The notes: generated from the letters alone by a model not told the origin. A DNA stretch of 60,990 bases, filler included, from Sandaracinaceae bacterium (GCA_947483975.1; 6 parts of 6 records of this genome joined end to end with filler, not necessarily neighbours in it); one strand, 5' to 3'; shown: positions 1-10,151, numbered from the whole stretch's first letter. Numbers and translations: made by a program.

Positions 1-1194
1 CCGAGGCTCGAGATCGTCGCCGCGTTCGCCCGCGACTTCGCGCTGCTCGCGAGCCGCGACTTCGTGGTCGCGGCGCGCGACGTCGGCGGCGTGACGGTGC
101 GCTCGTGGTTCCGCGCTTCGGAGCGCGCCGCGGGGCACCACGTGCTCGACGTCGCGGCGAGCGCGCTCGCGCTCTACGCGCAGCGCTTCGGCGCGTATCC
201 GTACGCGGAGCTCGACGTCGTCGAGGCTGCGCTCGTCGGCGGCGCGGGAGGCGTGGAGTTCGCGGGCCTCGTGACGGTCGCGAGCATGTTCTACAAGGCC
301 CCCTCGGCGGGCGGCGGCGGGCTCGACTTGCTCGGTGGGCTGCTCGGCGGCGCGGGCAGCGCAGGCGGCACGGGCGGCGCAGGTGGCACCTCGACGATGG
401 AGGCGACGGTCGCGCGGATGCGCGAGTTCGTCACCGCGCACGAGGTCGCGCATCAGTTTTGGCATGGGCTCGTCGGCAGCGACTCGCGCGCGCATCCGTT
501 CGTCGACGAGGGGCTCGCGCAGTGGAGCGCGATGCTCTACCTCGAGGACCGCTACGGCCTCGCCCGCGCGACGCAGGACGGCGACCTGCAGGTGCGCATG
601 AACTACCAGATGATGCGCCTGCAGAACGTCGCCGACGCGCCCGTCGACCGCCCCGTGCGGGACTTCCCTTCGTCGATCGCCTACGCCGGGCTCGTCTACG
701 GCAAAGGCCCCTACGTCTACGCCGCGCTCCGGCGCGAGGTCGGCGACGCGACCTTCTTTGCGGCGCTCGCGGAGTACGTGCGTACCTACCGATTCCGCAT
801 GGCACCGCAGCGCGGCTTCATCGATCTGCTCGCTCGCGGGCCGCACGCGGCGGCCGTGCGCGCCCTCGCGCAGCGCTGGCTCGACGAGCGTCACGGCGAC
901 GAGGACCTCGGCCGTGGCGACCCGCGCACGCTCGCCGCGACGATGATGGGAGTCGACCCGAGCGCGCTGCCCCCGGAGCTCGGCCAGCTCCTCGGCGGGC
1001 TCGGCAGCGGCGCTCTCGGCGGCGACCTCGGCGGTGCTCTCGGCGGTGCTCTCGGCGACAGCGCGAGCGGCAGCCGAGGGCTCCAGCATGACCTCCCGAC
1101 GCGGACCGACGGCGCGGGCGACGACGACTCCCCAGAGGTCGGCATGCAAGGCGTCGAGCAGCTGATCCGACTGCTCGGCGGCGCAAACCCATGA
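1..1194 (+). CDS. M1/gluzincin family zinc aminopeptidase, 5'-truncated by window/contig start
   Basis: Frame open from base 1; GGVEF (GAMEN-like) motif, HEVAH...E zinc motif (HEVAHQFW..PFVDEGLA) and VYGKG. Confidence 0.85.
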   Translation, partial: PRLEIVAAFARDFALLASRDFVVAARDVGGVTVRSWFRASERAAGHHVLDVAASALALYAQRFGAYPYAELDVVEAALVGGAGGVEFAGLVTVASMFYKAPSAGGGGLDLLGGLLGGAGSAGGTGGAGGTSTMEATVARMREFVTAHEVAHQFWHGLVGSDSRAHPFVDEGLAQWSAMLYLEDRYGLARATQDGDLQVRMNYQMMRLQNVADAPVDRPVRDFPSSIAYAGLVYGKGPYVYAALRREVGDATFFAALAEYVRTYRFRMAPQRGFIDLLARGPHAAAVRALAQRWLDERHGDEDLGRGDPRTLAATMMGVDPSALPPELGQLLGGLGSGALGGDLGGALGGALGDSASGSRGLQHDLPTRTDGAGDDDSPEVGMQGVEQLIRLLGGANP

Positions 1195-1201
1195 GGCGGC
1201 G

Positions 1202-2059
1202 ATGAACACCTTCGATGTCCACGATCCCATCCTCGCCCCGGAGCTGCTGCGCGATCCGGCGGCGCGCGCCGTCGTGCGCCTGATCGACGTGCGCGCCGGG
1301 GCCGCGGGGCACAGCGCCTACGCAGAGCGTCACCTCGAGGGCGCGCTGCACGCGGACCTCGACCACGATCTCGCCGGCGACGCGAGCCACCCGGAGCACG
1401 GCGGTCGGCACCCGCTGCCCGACCTCGCCGCGTTCGCGCGGACCCTCGGCTCCTGGGGCATCGACGAGCACACACCCGTCGTGCTCTACGACGCTCAGCA
1501 CGGAGCCAACGCCGCGGCCCGCCTCTGGTGGATGCTGCGCGCCGTCGACCATCTCCCCGTCTGGGTGCTCGATGGGGGCTACTCGCTCGCCGTCGAGACG
1601 GGGCTCCCGACGAGCACCGCCGTGCCGACCTTCGCGCCCTGCGCGCCCTACCCGGTGCCGCCAGCCTGGACCCTGCCGACCATCGACCTCGGCACGATCT
1701 TCCACGCGCGCACCGACCCCGCGTGGCGCGTCCTCGACGTGCGCGCGCCCGACCGCTTCCGCGGCGAGCGCGAGCCCATCGACCCGATCGCGGGCCATAT
1801 CCCCGGCGCGCAGAGCCTGTTCTTCGAGGAAAACCTCGACGAAAACGGGCGTTTTCTCCCGGCGAGCGCCCTCCACGCGAAGTACACGGCGTGGCTCGGC
1901 GACCGCTCCCCCGACCAACTCGCGGTGCACTGCGGCTCAGGCGTCACCGCCTGCCACACGCTGCTCGCCCTCGCGCGCGCGCGCCTCGACGGCGCCGCCC
2001 TCTACGTCGGCTCGTGGAGCGAGTGGTGCCGCCACGACACGCTCCCGCGCGTGCCGTGA
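1202..2059 (+). CDS. sseA: Tandem-rhodanese sulfurtransferase (3-mercaptopyruvate/thiosulfate sulfurtransferase)
   Basis: GGRHPLP, AARLWWML, GHIPGA, active-site loop CGSGVTAC, YVGSWSEW; GAGG RBS upstream. Confidence 0.9.
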   Translation: MNTFDVHDPILAPELLRDPAARAVVRLIDVRAGAAGHSAYAERHLEGALHADLDHDLAGDASHPEHGGRHPLPDLAAFARTLGSWGIDEHTPVVLYDAQHGANAAARLWWMLRAVDHLPVWVLDGGYSLAVETGLPTSTAVPTFAPCAPYPVPPAWTLPTIDLGTIFHARTDPAWRVLDVRAPDRFRGEREPIDPIAGHIPGAQSLFFEENLDENGRFLPASALHAKYTAWLGDRSPDQLAVHCGSGVTACHTLLALARARLDGAALYVGSWSEWCRHDTLPRVP

Positions 2060-2105
2060 TCACTCGAAGCCAAGCGCTCCCGCGCATGCCGTGATCACTC
2101 GTAGC
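2041..2105. repeat. 35-bp-period tandem duplication covering the stop codons of convergent sseA and the ABC permease
   Basis: GCTCCCGCGCRTGCCGTGATCACTCG at 2041-2066 and 2076-2101 (1 mismatch). Confidence 0.85.
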
Positions 2106-3312
2106 GGAGCGCGTCGATCGGGTTGAGCTTCGCCGCTTTGCGCGCCGGGAAGAAGCCGAACGCGACGCCCACCGCCGCGCTGAACACGAACGCGACCACG
2201 ACGATCTTCGGGACGAGCACGAAGGGCAGCCCGAGCGGACCCGACGCGAGGTACGAGCCACCGAGCCCGAGCGCGATGCCGACCAGCCCGCCGAGCGTCG
2301 AGAGCACCGTCGCCTCGACGAGGAACTGCAACAACACCTCGCGCCCGCGCGCGCCGATCGCCAAGCGAATGCCGATCTCGCGCGTCCGCTCGGTCACGCT
2401 GACGAGCATGATGTTCATGATGCCGATGCCGCCGACGAGCAGCGAGACGCTCGCGATCGCGCCGAGCAGCGCCGTGAGCACGCCCGTCGCCATGGACGCG
2501 AGCTCGGTGATCTCCTTCGTATCGCGCACGATGAAGTCGCTGTCGTCGCCGTCCGCGAGGCGCCGGCGCTCGCGCAGCAGCGCGTCGATGCCGCGCTGCG
2601 CCTCCGTCGTCGCGGTCGCCGACACCGCCGAGACGAAGATCACGCCGACGTCGCGATTGCCCGAGATCCGGCGCTGAAACATCGTGATCGGCACCGCGAT
2701 GAAGTCGTCCTGATCGTCGCCGAAGGTCGAGCGCCCCTTCTCGTTCAGCAGCCCGATCACCTCGCACGAGATCGCGCCGATGCGCAGCGTCGCGCCGAGC
2801 GGGTCCGCCGTCCCGAAGAGCTCCTTGCGCGGCGTCGCGCCGAGCACGCAGACGGCGCTGCCCGCGAGCTCCTCCGCGGGGAGAAACACGCGCCCGCTCG
2901 CGAGCCCCCACTCGCGCACGCGGAAGTAGTCGTTCGTCGTGCCGGTGATGCCGGTGCGCCAATTCTTGTTGCCGTAGACGGCGAGCCCCGCGCCGCCCGC
3001 GCTCGGCGCAGCCCCCGCAACACCGGGCACCTCCTCGGCGATCGCCCGCGCGTCGTCGAGGTCGAAGGGAGGCGCGCTCGTCACCGTCGCGGTGCGCCGT
3101 CCGCTCCCCGGGAACACGAAGAGCAGGTTGCGCCCGAGGCTCGAGATGTCGTTCGTGATGCGCAGCGTCGCGCCCTGCCCGAGGTGCACCATCGCGATGA
3201 CGGCGGCGACTCCGATGATCACGCCGAGCGTCGTCAGCACGCTGCGCATCGTGTTCCTGCGGATCTCGCGCAGGCTCATCATCAGCGTGTTCCACAGCAT
3301 CGAGAGGCTCAT
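2095..3312 (-). CDS. MacB/FtsX-like ABC transporter permease (MacB_PCD + FtsX domains)
   Basis: RSVLTTLGVIIGVAAV; GGIGIMNIMLVSVTERTREIGIR; PARKAAKLNPIDALRYE. Confidence 0.95.
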   Translation of the reverse strand: MSLSMLWNTLMMSLREIRRNTMRSVLTTLGVIIGVAAVIAMVHLGQGATLRITNDISSLGRNLLFVFPGSGRRTATVTSAPPFDLDDARAIAEEVPGVAGAAPSAGGAGLAVYGNKNWRTGITGTTNDYFRVREWGLASGRVFLPAEELAGSAVCVLGATPRKELFGTADPLGATLRIGAISCEVIGLLNEKGRSTFGDDQDDFIAVPITMFQRRISGNRDVGVIFVSAVSATATTEAQRGIDALLRERRRLADGDDSDFIVRDTKEITELASMATGVLTALLGAIASVSLLVGGIGIMNIMLVSVTERTREIGIRLAIGARGREVLLQFLVEATVLSTLGGLVGIALGLGGSYLASGPLGLPFVLVPKIVVVAFVFSAAVGVAFGFFPARKAAKLNPIDALRYE

Positions 3313-4034
3313 GCGGGCTGCTCCTGCGCCACGTCCGACAGCACGAGCCCGTCGCGAAACGTGAGCACGCGCGAGGCGTAGGCGGCCACCGTCGGGTCGT
3401 GCGTGACCATCACGATGGTGATCTTCTGCACGCGGTTGAGCTCGACGAGCAGGCGCATCAGCTCCGCCGTGCGCGCCGAGTCGAGGTTCCCCGTCGGCTC
3501 GTCGGCGAGCAGCACCGCGGGCTCGGAGACGATGGCGCGCGCGATGGCGACGCGCTGCTGCTGCCCGCCCGAGAGCTCGCTCGGCGCGTGCGTCTCACGC
3601 CCGGCGAGCCCGACCTGCGCGAGCGCCGCGAGCGCGCGACGCCTCCGCTCGCGCGCCGAGACGCCGCGATAGAGCAGCGGTAGCTCGACGTTCTCGAGCG
3701 CCGTCGTGCGCGCGAGCAGGTTGAAGCCCTGGAACACGAAGCCGAGGTAATGCCGCCGCAAGAGCGCGCGCTGATCCTGCGAGAGCCCGCCGACCTCGAC
3801 GCCGCGAAACAGATGCTCGCCGTCCGTCGGCGTGTCGAGACAGCCGAGCACGTTCATGCACGTGCTCTTGCCGCTGCCGCTCGCGCCCATCACCGCGACG
3901 AACTCGCCGTCCTCGACGATCACGTCGATGCCCGCGAGGGCGCGCACCTCCGCCTCGCCCTTGCCGTAGACCTTCGTGACGCCGCGCAGCTCGATCAGCG
4001 GAGCGCCCTCGCGCGCGGCGGCGTCTCGGGGCAC
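3309..4034 (-). CDS. MacB/LolD-like ABC transporter ATP-binding protein
   Basis: Walker [33 protein letters not shown]; 4-bp overlap with permease. Confidence 0.95.
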   Translation of the reverse strand: MPRDAAAREGAPLIELRGVTKVYGKGEAEVRALAGIDVIVEDGEFVAVMGASGSGKSTCMNVLGCLDTPTDGEHLFRGVEVGGLSQDQRALLRRHYLGFVFQGFNLLARTTALENVELPLLYRGVSARERRRRALAALAQVGLAGRETHAPSELSGGQQQRVAIARAIVSEPAVLLADEPTGNLDSARTAELMRLLVELNRVQKITIVMVTHDPTVAAYASRVLTFRDGLVLSDVAQEQPA

Positions 4035-4037
4035 GCG

Positions 4038-5309
4038 CTACTCCTCGCGCTTCGTGTCGGTGACGAGCGCCATGCGCGGGCGCACCGCGCCGCTCAGCAC
4101 CTCGGTCATGCGGCCGTCGGTCACGCCCGTCGTCACCGGGATCGGCCGCAGCGTGCCGCCCGCGCCCTCGACCCAGACGTGCCGCGTCTGCCCGAGCCGC
4201 TTGCGCTGCTCCTCCGCGTCGCGCCCCATCGGCATGAAGCGCAGCGCGGCGTTCGGCACGGCGAGCACGTCGGGGCGACGGTCCGAGATGACGCTGACCG
4301 TCGCCGTCATCCCCGGCCGCAGCAGCCGCCCGGCGTTGTTGAACGAGAGCACCGCCTCGTAGCTGACGACGTTCTGCACGGTGCGCGGCGCGTTGCGTAG
4401 CTGCTCCACGCGCGCGTCGAAGTGCCGCCCCGGATACGCGGACACAGTGAACGTCGCCAGCTGACGCTCGCGCACGCGCCCGACGTCCGCCTCGTCGATG
4501 TCGACGCGCAGCTCCATGCGCGTGAGGTCCTCGGCGAGCGTCAGCAGCTGCGCGGTCTGAAATTGCCCGTTGACCGTCTGCCCCGGCTCGACGTTGCGCG
4601 AGAGCACGACGCCGTTGATCGTCGAGCGGATCACGCTCTTGCCGAGCTGCGTCAGCGCGTTCGAGAGCCCCGCTGCGGCGACCTGCGACTGCGCGCGCGC
4701 GCTCGCGAGCCCAGCCTGCGCGCGGGCGATCGCGGCGCGCGCCGTGTCGAGGTCGGCCTGCGAGACGATCTCCCGCTGCCGCAGCTGCTCCACCCGCGCC
4801 AGCGTGATGCGCGCGTCGGCGAGCGCCGCGTCCGCCTGCTGCACGGCCGCGTGCGCGACCGCGCCCTGCGCCCTCGCCTCACGCACCCTCCCCTGCAGCT
4901 GCTCAGGATCGATCTCGACGAGCACCTGCCCGACGGTCACCGGCTCGTTGAAGGTGACGCGCACCGCGGCGACGCGCCCGGAAACCTCCGTGCCGACCTG
5001 CACGGTCTTCACCGCCTGCACGGTGCCCGTCGCCGTGACGACGACGGAGATGTCCGCGCGGCGCACCTGCGCGGTCTCGTACGTCGTGACGCGCGGCTTC
5101 ATCGCCTTGCGCACGAGCGCGACGACGCCCGCGACGACCGCGACGAGCACGAGCAACGCGACGATGCGCCCGATCCAACGCTTCCACGCGCCGCTCTTGC
5201 CGACGCCGAGCGTGCGCACGACGTCTGCGTCCGCCGACTGCCGTGCGTCCGCCTTCGCGCCGCGCGCCGTCATCCCCGCGCCATTCGTCGTGCTCTCCAC
5301 GAGCGGCAT
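4038..5309 (-). CDS. MacA-like periplasmic adaptor (membrane fusion protein)
   Basis: N-terminal TM, VGTEVSGRV lipoyl half, coiled coil, VDIDEADVG, LRPGMTA; first gene of adaptor-ATPase-permease operon; start uncertain. Confidence 0.9.
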   Translation of the reverse strand: MPLVESTTNGAGMTARGAKADARQSADADVVRTLGVGKSGAWKRWIGRIVALLVLVAVVAGVVALVRKAMKPRVTTYETAQVRRADISVVVTATGTVQAVKTVQVGTEVSGRVAAVRVTFNEPVTVGQVLVEIDPEQLQGRVREARAQGAVAHAAVQQADAALADARITLARVEQLRQREIVSQADLDTARAAIARAQAGLASARAQSQVAAAGLSNALTQLGKSVIRSTINGVVLSRNVEPGQTVNGQFQTAQLLTLAEDLTRMELRVDIDEADVGRVRERQLATFTVSAYPGRHFDARVEQLRNAPRTVQNVVSYEAVLSFNNAGRLLRPGMTATVSVISDRRPDVLAVPNAALRFMPMGRDAEEQRKRLGQTRHVWVEGAGGTLRPIPVTTGVTDGRMTEVLSGAVRPRMALVTDTKREE

Positions 5310-5349
5310 CGTAGGGCGGCCCAAGACACAAGCAATGCCGGGGCTGCGT

Positions 5350-5397
5350 AAGAAGTGTGAAGCCCCGCGGCGCCGACGTCGCTCGGCACCGCGGGCC
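5350..5397 (-). terminator. Probable intrinsic terminator after the alkene reductase
   Basis: 13-bp stem CCCGCGGTGCCGA/TCGGCGCCGCGGG (minus strand, one G-U) just after the stop, followed by pyrimidine-rich CTTCACACTTCTT. Confidence 0.55.
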
Positions 5398-5401
5398 TCG
5401 C

Positions 5402-6484
5402 TCAGCCTGCGGTCGGGTAGTCGGTGTAGCCCTTCGGCCCCGGCGTGTAGAACGTGCCGAAGTCGAGCGCGTTGAGCGGGAGGTTCTTCTCGAGGCGCGT
5501 GACGAGATCGGGGTTCGCGATGAACGGCCGACCGAAGGCGACGAGGTCCGCCTTGCCCTCGGCGAGCACCGCCTCGGCCTTCTCGCGATCGAAGCCGCCG
5601 CTCGCGATGAACGTGCGCGGCCAGGCCTTGCGGAGCGCCGCCTTCAGCGCCGCCGGCACCTCGGGCGCGCCCATCGGGGAGTGATCGACGAGGTGCACGT
5701 ACTCGACGCCCGTCGCGATCAGCTTCTGCACGAGCGTCAGGTGCGTCTCGTCGGTCTCGGCGTACTGCTCCATGCCCGCGTTGACGCCGTACGGCGAGAG
5801 GCGAACGCCGACCCGATGTCCGCCGATCGCGTCGCTGACCGCCTGCGCGACCTCGAGCACGAAGCGCAGCCGATTCTCGATCGAGCCGCCGTACGCGTCC
5901 GTGCGCTGGTTCGTCACGGGGCTGATGAACTGCTCGAGGAGATAGCCGTTCGCGCCGTGAAGCTCGACGCCGTCGAAGCCCGCCTCGATCGCGTTCTTGG
6001 CCGCCTGCACGAACTCCGCGCGGGTCGAGGCGAGGTCCGCCTCGGTCATCGCGCGCGGCACGGGGTGCGGCTGCATACCCTGCGAGTCGGTGTACATCTC
6101 GCCGGAGGCCGCGATCGCGCTCGGCGCGATCAGCTCAGCGCCCTCAGGCAAATTCGCGGGGTGCCCGACGCGGCCCGTGTGCATCAGCTGCGCGAAGATG
6201 TGCCCGCCCTTGGCGTGCACGGCGTTCGTCACGAGCTTCCAGCCGGCGACCTGCTCGGCAGAGAAGAGGCCCGGGATGCGCGCGTAGCCGAGCCCGTTCG
6301 GCGACGGGGCGACGCCCTCCGTGAGGATCAGGCCCGCGCTCGCGCGCTGCTCGTAGTGCTCCGCGATCAGGGCGTTCGGCACGTTCCCGAGGGCGCGGCT
6401 GCGCGTCATCGGCGCCATCACGACGCGGTTGGACAGAGTGAGCTTGCCGAGCGAGGCGGGAGCGAAGAGCGAGACGTTCGACAT
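5402..6484 (-). CDS. nemA: Old yellow enzyme family alkene reductase (NemA-like, FMN)
   Basis: NRVVMAPMTRSR, GVELHGANGYL, RTDAYGGSIENR, GYTDYP; AGGAG RBS. Confidence 0.92.
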   Translation of the reverse strand: MSNVSLFAPASLGKLTLSNRVVMAPMTRSRALGNVPNALIAEHYEQRASAGLILTEGVAPSPNGLGYARIPGLFSAEQVAGWKLVTNAVHAKGGHIFAQLMHTGRVGHPANLPEGAELIAPSAIAASGEMYTDSQGMQPHPVPRAMTEADLASTRAEFVQAAKNAIEAGFDGVELHGANGYLLEQFISPVTNQRTDAYGGSIENRLRFVLEVAQAVSDAIGGHRVGVRLSPYGVNAGMEQYAETDETHLTLVQKLIATGVEYVHLVDHSPMGAPEVPAALKAALRKAWPRTFIASGGFDREKAEAVLAEGKADLVAFGRPFIANPDLVTRLEKNLPLNALDFGTFYTPGPKGYTDYPTAG

Positions 6485-6579
6485 GGTTCTCCTGAGCTGG
6501 GTAGCGCCGTAGGCGAGGGAACGGCAGACGCTATTCCCCCGAGGCCGAGCATAGTCGCTCGACGGCTGCGCGCGTTACG

Positions 6580-7398
6580 TCAGCGCCCGTCGTTCAGCCA
6601 AATCGCCACGGCGTGCCGCACCGCCGAGCGCGGCGGCAGAAAGCGCACTTGCCCGCCATCGCGCCAAGCCGCGCCCGTGCTCGGTCCGCCGTCGAGGTTG
6701 AGCGCCTGCTCGCAGCCGGTCCGCGCGAGCACGCGCGCGAAGCCGTAGAGGGTCGGCCCGCCGAGCCCCTCCTCGCCATCGGTGCGCGCGACGACGACGT
6801 CGAGCGTGCGCCCCCCATCGCGGAGGCAGAGCGCCGTGCGATCTGCGCGCTGCCCGTCATCGCGGCGAATATTGACCGCTCGGTCAACGACGAGGCGCGG
6901 TCGGCACTGCAGCGCGAAATCGGCGCTCTGCTCGAGCGGCGGCGCCTCGCCATCGAGCAAGTGCGCGACGCCGCCCCGCGCCTCGACGATGCCGCCGCCG
7001 ATGCGCGCGAGGAACGGCGACAGCAGCCGCCCGCCGCTGACGACCATGCCCTCCGGCTCGCCCTGAAGGCCGAAGAAGCCGCCGTTGATCACGAGCGAGG
7101 CGCCGCGCGTCCGCACGACGTCGTCGAGCGCGAGCGACATCCGCAGGTCGACGACCTCGACGCGGGCGCGCGCGAGCGCCACCCGAAACGTGTGCAGGCG
7201 GTACGAGTGCCCGTCGGGCAGGGACTCGCTCTGGACCTGCGGAAACGTCCTCGCGGCGCCGCCTGGCACCACGCCCGTGCCTGCGCGGCGCTGCGCGGTC
7301 GTGCGGTCCTGCGCGACGACGGCGAGCCCGAGGAGCACGAGCGCGAGGAAGAGCAGGCCGAGGGAGAGCGCGCGGAGCGTCGCGCGGGGCCTCACCAT
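6580..7398 (-). CDS. Phosphodiester glycosidase (NAGPA/DUF2233) family exported protein
   Basis: Signal peptide, INGGFF, RTAL, ALNLDGGPS motifs. Confidence 0.8.
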   Translation of the reverse strand: MVRPRATLRALSLGLLFLALVLLGLAVVAQDRTTAQRRAGTGVVPGGAARTFPQVQSESLPDGHSYRLHTFRVALARARVEVVDLRMSLALDDVVRTRGASLVINGGFFGLQGEPEGMVVSGGRLLSPFLARIGGGIVEARGGVAHLLDGEAPPLEQSADFALQCRPRLVVDRAVNIRRDDGQRADRTALCLRDGGRTLDVVVARTDGEEGLGGPTLYGFARVLARTGCEQALNLDGGPSTGAAWRDGGQVRFLPPRSAVRHAVAIWLNDGR

Positions 7399-8390
7399 GT
7401 GAGCACGAGCTTCGCGAAGGTCTCGTTCGCCTCCATGCGACGGTGCGCCTCACCGACGTCGCTCATCGGCAGCACCGCGTCGAGCACGGGACGCAGCGCG
7501 CCGCGCTCGAAGAGCGGCCCTAGCCGCTGCGCGAACACCTGCGCGAGCGCGCACTTCTCCTCGAGCGGGCGGCTCCGCAGCACCGAGCCGAGCACGCGCG
7601 CGCGCTTCTGCAGCAGGAGCCCGAGCGGCAGCGCGCCGCTCGCGCCGGTGAGCAACCCGATGACGACGACGCGCCCGCCGACCGCGAGCGCGCGCACGTT
7701 CTCCTCGAGGTACGCCGCGCCGACGCCGTCGAGCACGACGTCGCAGCCGCGCCCGCCCGTCGCGACGAGCACCCGCTCGGAGAACTTCCCGTCCGACACG
7801 AGGAGCCCCTCGGACGGCGCGAGCCCGAGCGCCTCGCAGCGCGCGAGCTTGTCCGCGGTGCGCGAGGTGCCGAGCACGCGAGCGCCGAGCGCGCGCGCGA
7901 GCTGCAGCGCCGCCGTGCCGATGCCGCTGCCGACGGCGTGCACGAGCGCGACATCGCCGCTCGCGAGCCCCGCCTGCAGCACGAGCGCGTCGTACGCGGT
8001 GAGGAACGCCTCCGGCAGCGCGGCAGCCTCGGCGAGCGAGAGCCCGCGCGGGACGGGAATGGTCTCCCTCGCGTGCACGACGAGCGCAGTCGCCATCGCG
8101 CCGCCAGCGACGATGCCCATCACGCGATCCCCGACGCGCACCTCGCGCACGCCCTCCCCGAGCGCGGCGACGACGCCCGCATATTCGAGCCCCGGCACGT
8201 CCGCGGGCACCCCAGGAGGTGCCGGGTAGAGCCCACGCCGCTGCAGCGTGTCGGCGCGGTTCAGCCCGGCCGCCGCGACCTCGACGCGCACCTCGCCAAA
8301 GCCCGGCTCCCGGAGCGCGAGCTCCCCGAGCGAGAGCACCTCGGGCCCCCCGAACGACGTGATGCGGACAGCGCGCGCGAGGGTCGTCAC
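7392..8390 (-). CDS. NAD(P)H-quinone oxidoreductase, PIG3/zeta-crystallin MDR family
   Basis: GLNRADTLQRRGLYP, PGLEYAG, HAVGSGIG, GSVLRSR; probable GTG start at 8390. Confidence 0.9.
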   Translation of the reverse strand: MTTLARAVRITSFGGPEVLSLGELALREPGFGEVRVEVAAAGLNRADTLQRRGLYPAPPGVPADVPGLEYAGVVAALGEGVREVRVGDRVMGIVAGGAMATALVVHARETIPVPRGLSLAEAAALPEAFLTAYDALVLQAGLASGDVALVHAVGSGIGTAALQLARALGARVLGTSRTADKLARCEALGLAPSEGLLVSDGKFSERVLVATGGRGCDVVLDGVGAAYLEENVRALAVGGRVVVIGLLTGASGALPLGLLLQKRARVLGSVLRSRPLEEKCALAQVFAQRLGPLFERGALRPVLDAVLPMSDVGEAHRRMEANETFAKLVLTW

Positions 8391-8503
8391 GGCGCTCAGC
8401 CTAGCGCGCCTCGACCCGCGCGGGGCGCGACGCCGGCGCACGATCAGCGCCCGGCTCGTCAGCGTGGCAGAGCGCTTCGTGCGAGGCGCTCGCTTCTACG
8501 CAC

Positions 8504-9988
8504 TCACGGTACGACGACCCGGTGCACGACGACCGGGCCCGTCGCGTCGCGCACGACGGTCAGCGGCTCCGTCGTGTCGAAGCGCACCGACGTCGTCTCC
8601 GCGCGGTACATCGCCGGCACGCCGATCGCGACCGCGTCGCCGAACGCCGCCGCGTCCACGCTGACGGTCGTCCCGGTGATCACGGTGTGCGAGGCGACGG
8701 TCAGCAGGCCCGCCGACGAGAGCAGCTGGAACGTCCCGACGTTCGCGCCGCCCGCCGTGTCGAAGACGACGATGACTCCGCCGCGGTGCACGAACGAGAG
8801 GAGCGCCACGCTCCACTCAGTGCCGATCGCCTGCAAGTCGGCGTCGGTCGCGTCGCGCTGCGCGTAGACGACCAGCACCTCGGCCGACGCGAGCATCAGC
8901 GGCACATCCGCGCGCGTGACGGGGGTGCGCGCCCAGGTGCGTCCGCGGGCCGTCGCGACTTGGTTGATCGCGACGTCCGTGCCGGCGATCGACGCCGCCC
9001 GCGCGCGCCCCTCGTAGACGAGGACGCGGACGGGCGAACCCGAGCCGAGGAACACGGCGTTGCCGGCGACGCGGTTCATCCCGATGCGCGTCGTCGTGTA
9101 GTCGTGGCCGATCAGCACGACGTGCCCCGCCGTGCCGCTCGAGCACGCCGAGTCGATGCAGATGCCGGTCGCGCAGACGTTCGGACAGGAGCCGCAATGA
9201 TCGGGATCCGTCTGCAGGTCGACGCAGCTGTGACCGCAGGGGACGAGCGGCGCATCGCAGACGGGCGCGCACACGCCGACCGAGCAGACCTCTGCGGGCA
9301 AGCAGATGTTGTCGCAGAAGCCGCAGTTCGCGGGGTCGGAGTCGGGGCGCACACAGAGGTCGCCGCAGCGAATCTGTCCGATATCGCACGGCAGGAGCGC
9401 CCCGCCGTCGCCGACGCTGCCGTCGACGCCACCCCCGTCGACCACGCTGCCGTCGACGCCACCCCCGTCGACCACGCTGCCGTCGACTCCACCGCCGTCG
9501 ACCACGCTGCCGTCGACTCCACCGCCATCGACCACGCTGCCGTCGAGCACGCTGCCGTCGACTCCACCGCCGTCGAAGTCACCAGCGTCGCCGTTCGAGC
9601 CATCGGGGACCTCGCCGTCCAGCAGGGCACCGTCGGGCACCTCGCCGTCCAGCAGATCGCCGTCCAGCAGATCGCCGTCGAGCACCTCGCCGTCCAGCGT
9701 GCCGCCGTCGCCGGCGTCGCCGTGACCGAGATCGCGCGGCCCGAGATCGCGCGGCCCGAGGTCGACGCCGCCCTCCCCGCTCGTGCACGCGCCCGCGACG
9801 CACAGACTGCCGCCGCCGCAGGTGTTGCCGCAGACGCCGCAGTTGGTGCGGTCGTTGAGGAGGTCCACGCACGCGCCGCGGCAGACGGAGAAGCCGTCGA
9901 TGCACTCGCCGCCGATGACCGTGCTCGCGCACGCGGTGAACACCAGGGGGAGAAGAGCGAGCAGAAGCGAAGAAACGACTCGACGCAT
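8504..9988 (-). CDS. Myxobacterial Cys-rich lipoprotein (Stig1/MXAN_6577-like CxDxxxDxxNCGxC repeats, acidic Gly-rich linker, C-terminal alpha/beta domain)
   Basis: Lipobox VFTAC; three CVD/CVR..D..(N/H)CGxC motifs; TGATG coupling with upstream gene. Confidence 0.75.
   Translation of the reverse strand: MRRVVSSLLLALLPLVFTACASTVIGGECIDGFSVCRGACVDLLNDRTNCGVCGNTCGGGSLCVAGACTSGEGGVDLGPRDLGPRDLGHGDAGDGGTLDGEVLDGDLLDGDLLDGEVPDGALLDGEVPDGSNGDAGDFDGGGVDGSVLDGSVVDGGGVDGSVVDGGGVDGSVVDGGGVDGSVVDGGGVDGSVGDGGALLPCDIGQIRCGDLCVRPDSDPANCGFCDNICLPAEVCSVGVCAPVCDAPLVPCGHSCVDLQTDPDHCGSCPNVCATGICIDSACSSGTAGHVVLIGHDYTTTRIGMNRVAGNAVFLGSGSPVRVLVYEGRARAASIAGTDVAINQVATARGRTWARTPVTRADVPLMLASAEVLVVYAQRDATDADLQAIGTEWSVALLSFVHRGGVIVVFDTAGGANVGTFQLLSSAGLLTVASHTVITGTTVSVDAAAFGDAVAIGVPAMYRAETTSVRFDTTEPLTVVRDATGPVVVHRVVVP
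9401..9580 (-). repeat. 30-bp coding tandem repeat (DGGGVDGSVV) x~6, followed by 15-bp DGxxL repeats up to ~9700
   Basis: CCGTCGACCACGCTGCCGTCGACKCCACCS unit visible repeatedly. Confidence 0.9.
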
Positions 9989-10151
9989 CACGGCGTACCT
10001 CCCGAAGCGGGCGCTGCTGATTCTACTCGCGGCGCCGCGCCGACGGGCGCAGGCGGAGCGACCGCGGGCGGCGCGGGCACGGGCGGAGCGACCGCGGGAA
10101 CGGGCGGAGCGACCGCGGGAACGGGCGGAGCGACCGCGGGAACGGGCGGAG
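9988..10151 (-). CDS. C-terminus of a Pro-rich protein (PPVPAVA repeats), truncated by contig end
   Basis: Open minus frame ...PPVPAVAPPVPAPPAVAPPAPVGAAPRVESAAPASGGTP*; 21-bp repeat GGGCGGAGCGACCGCGGGAAC runs into the gap. Confidence 0.6.
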
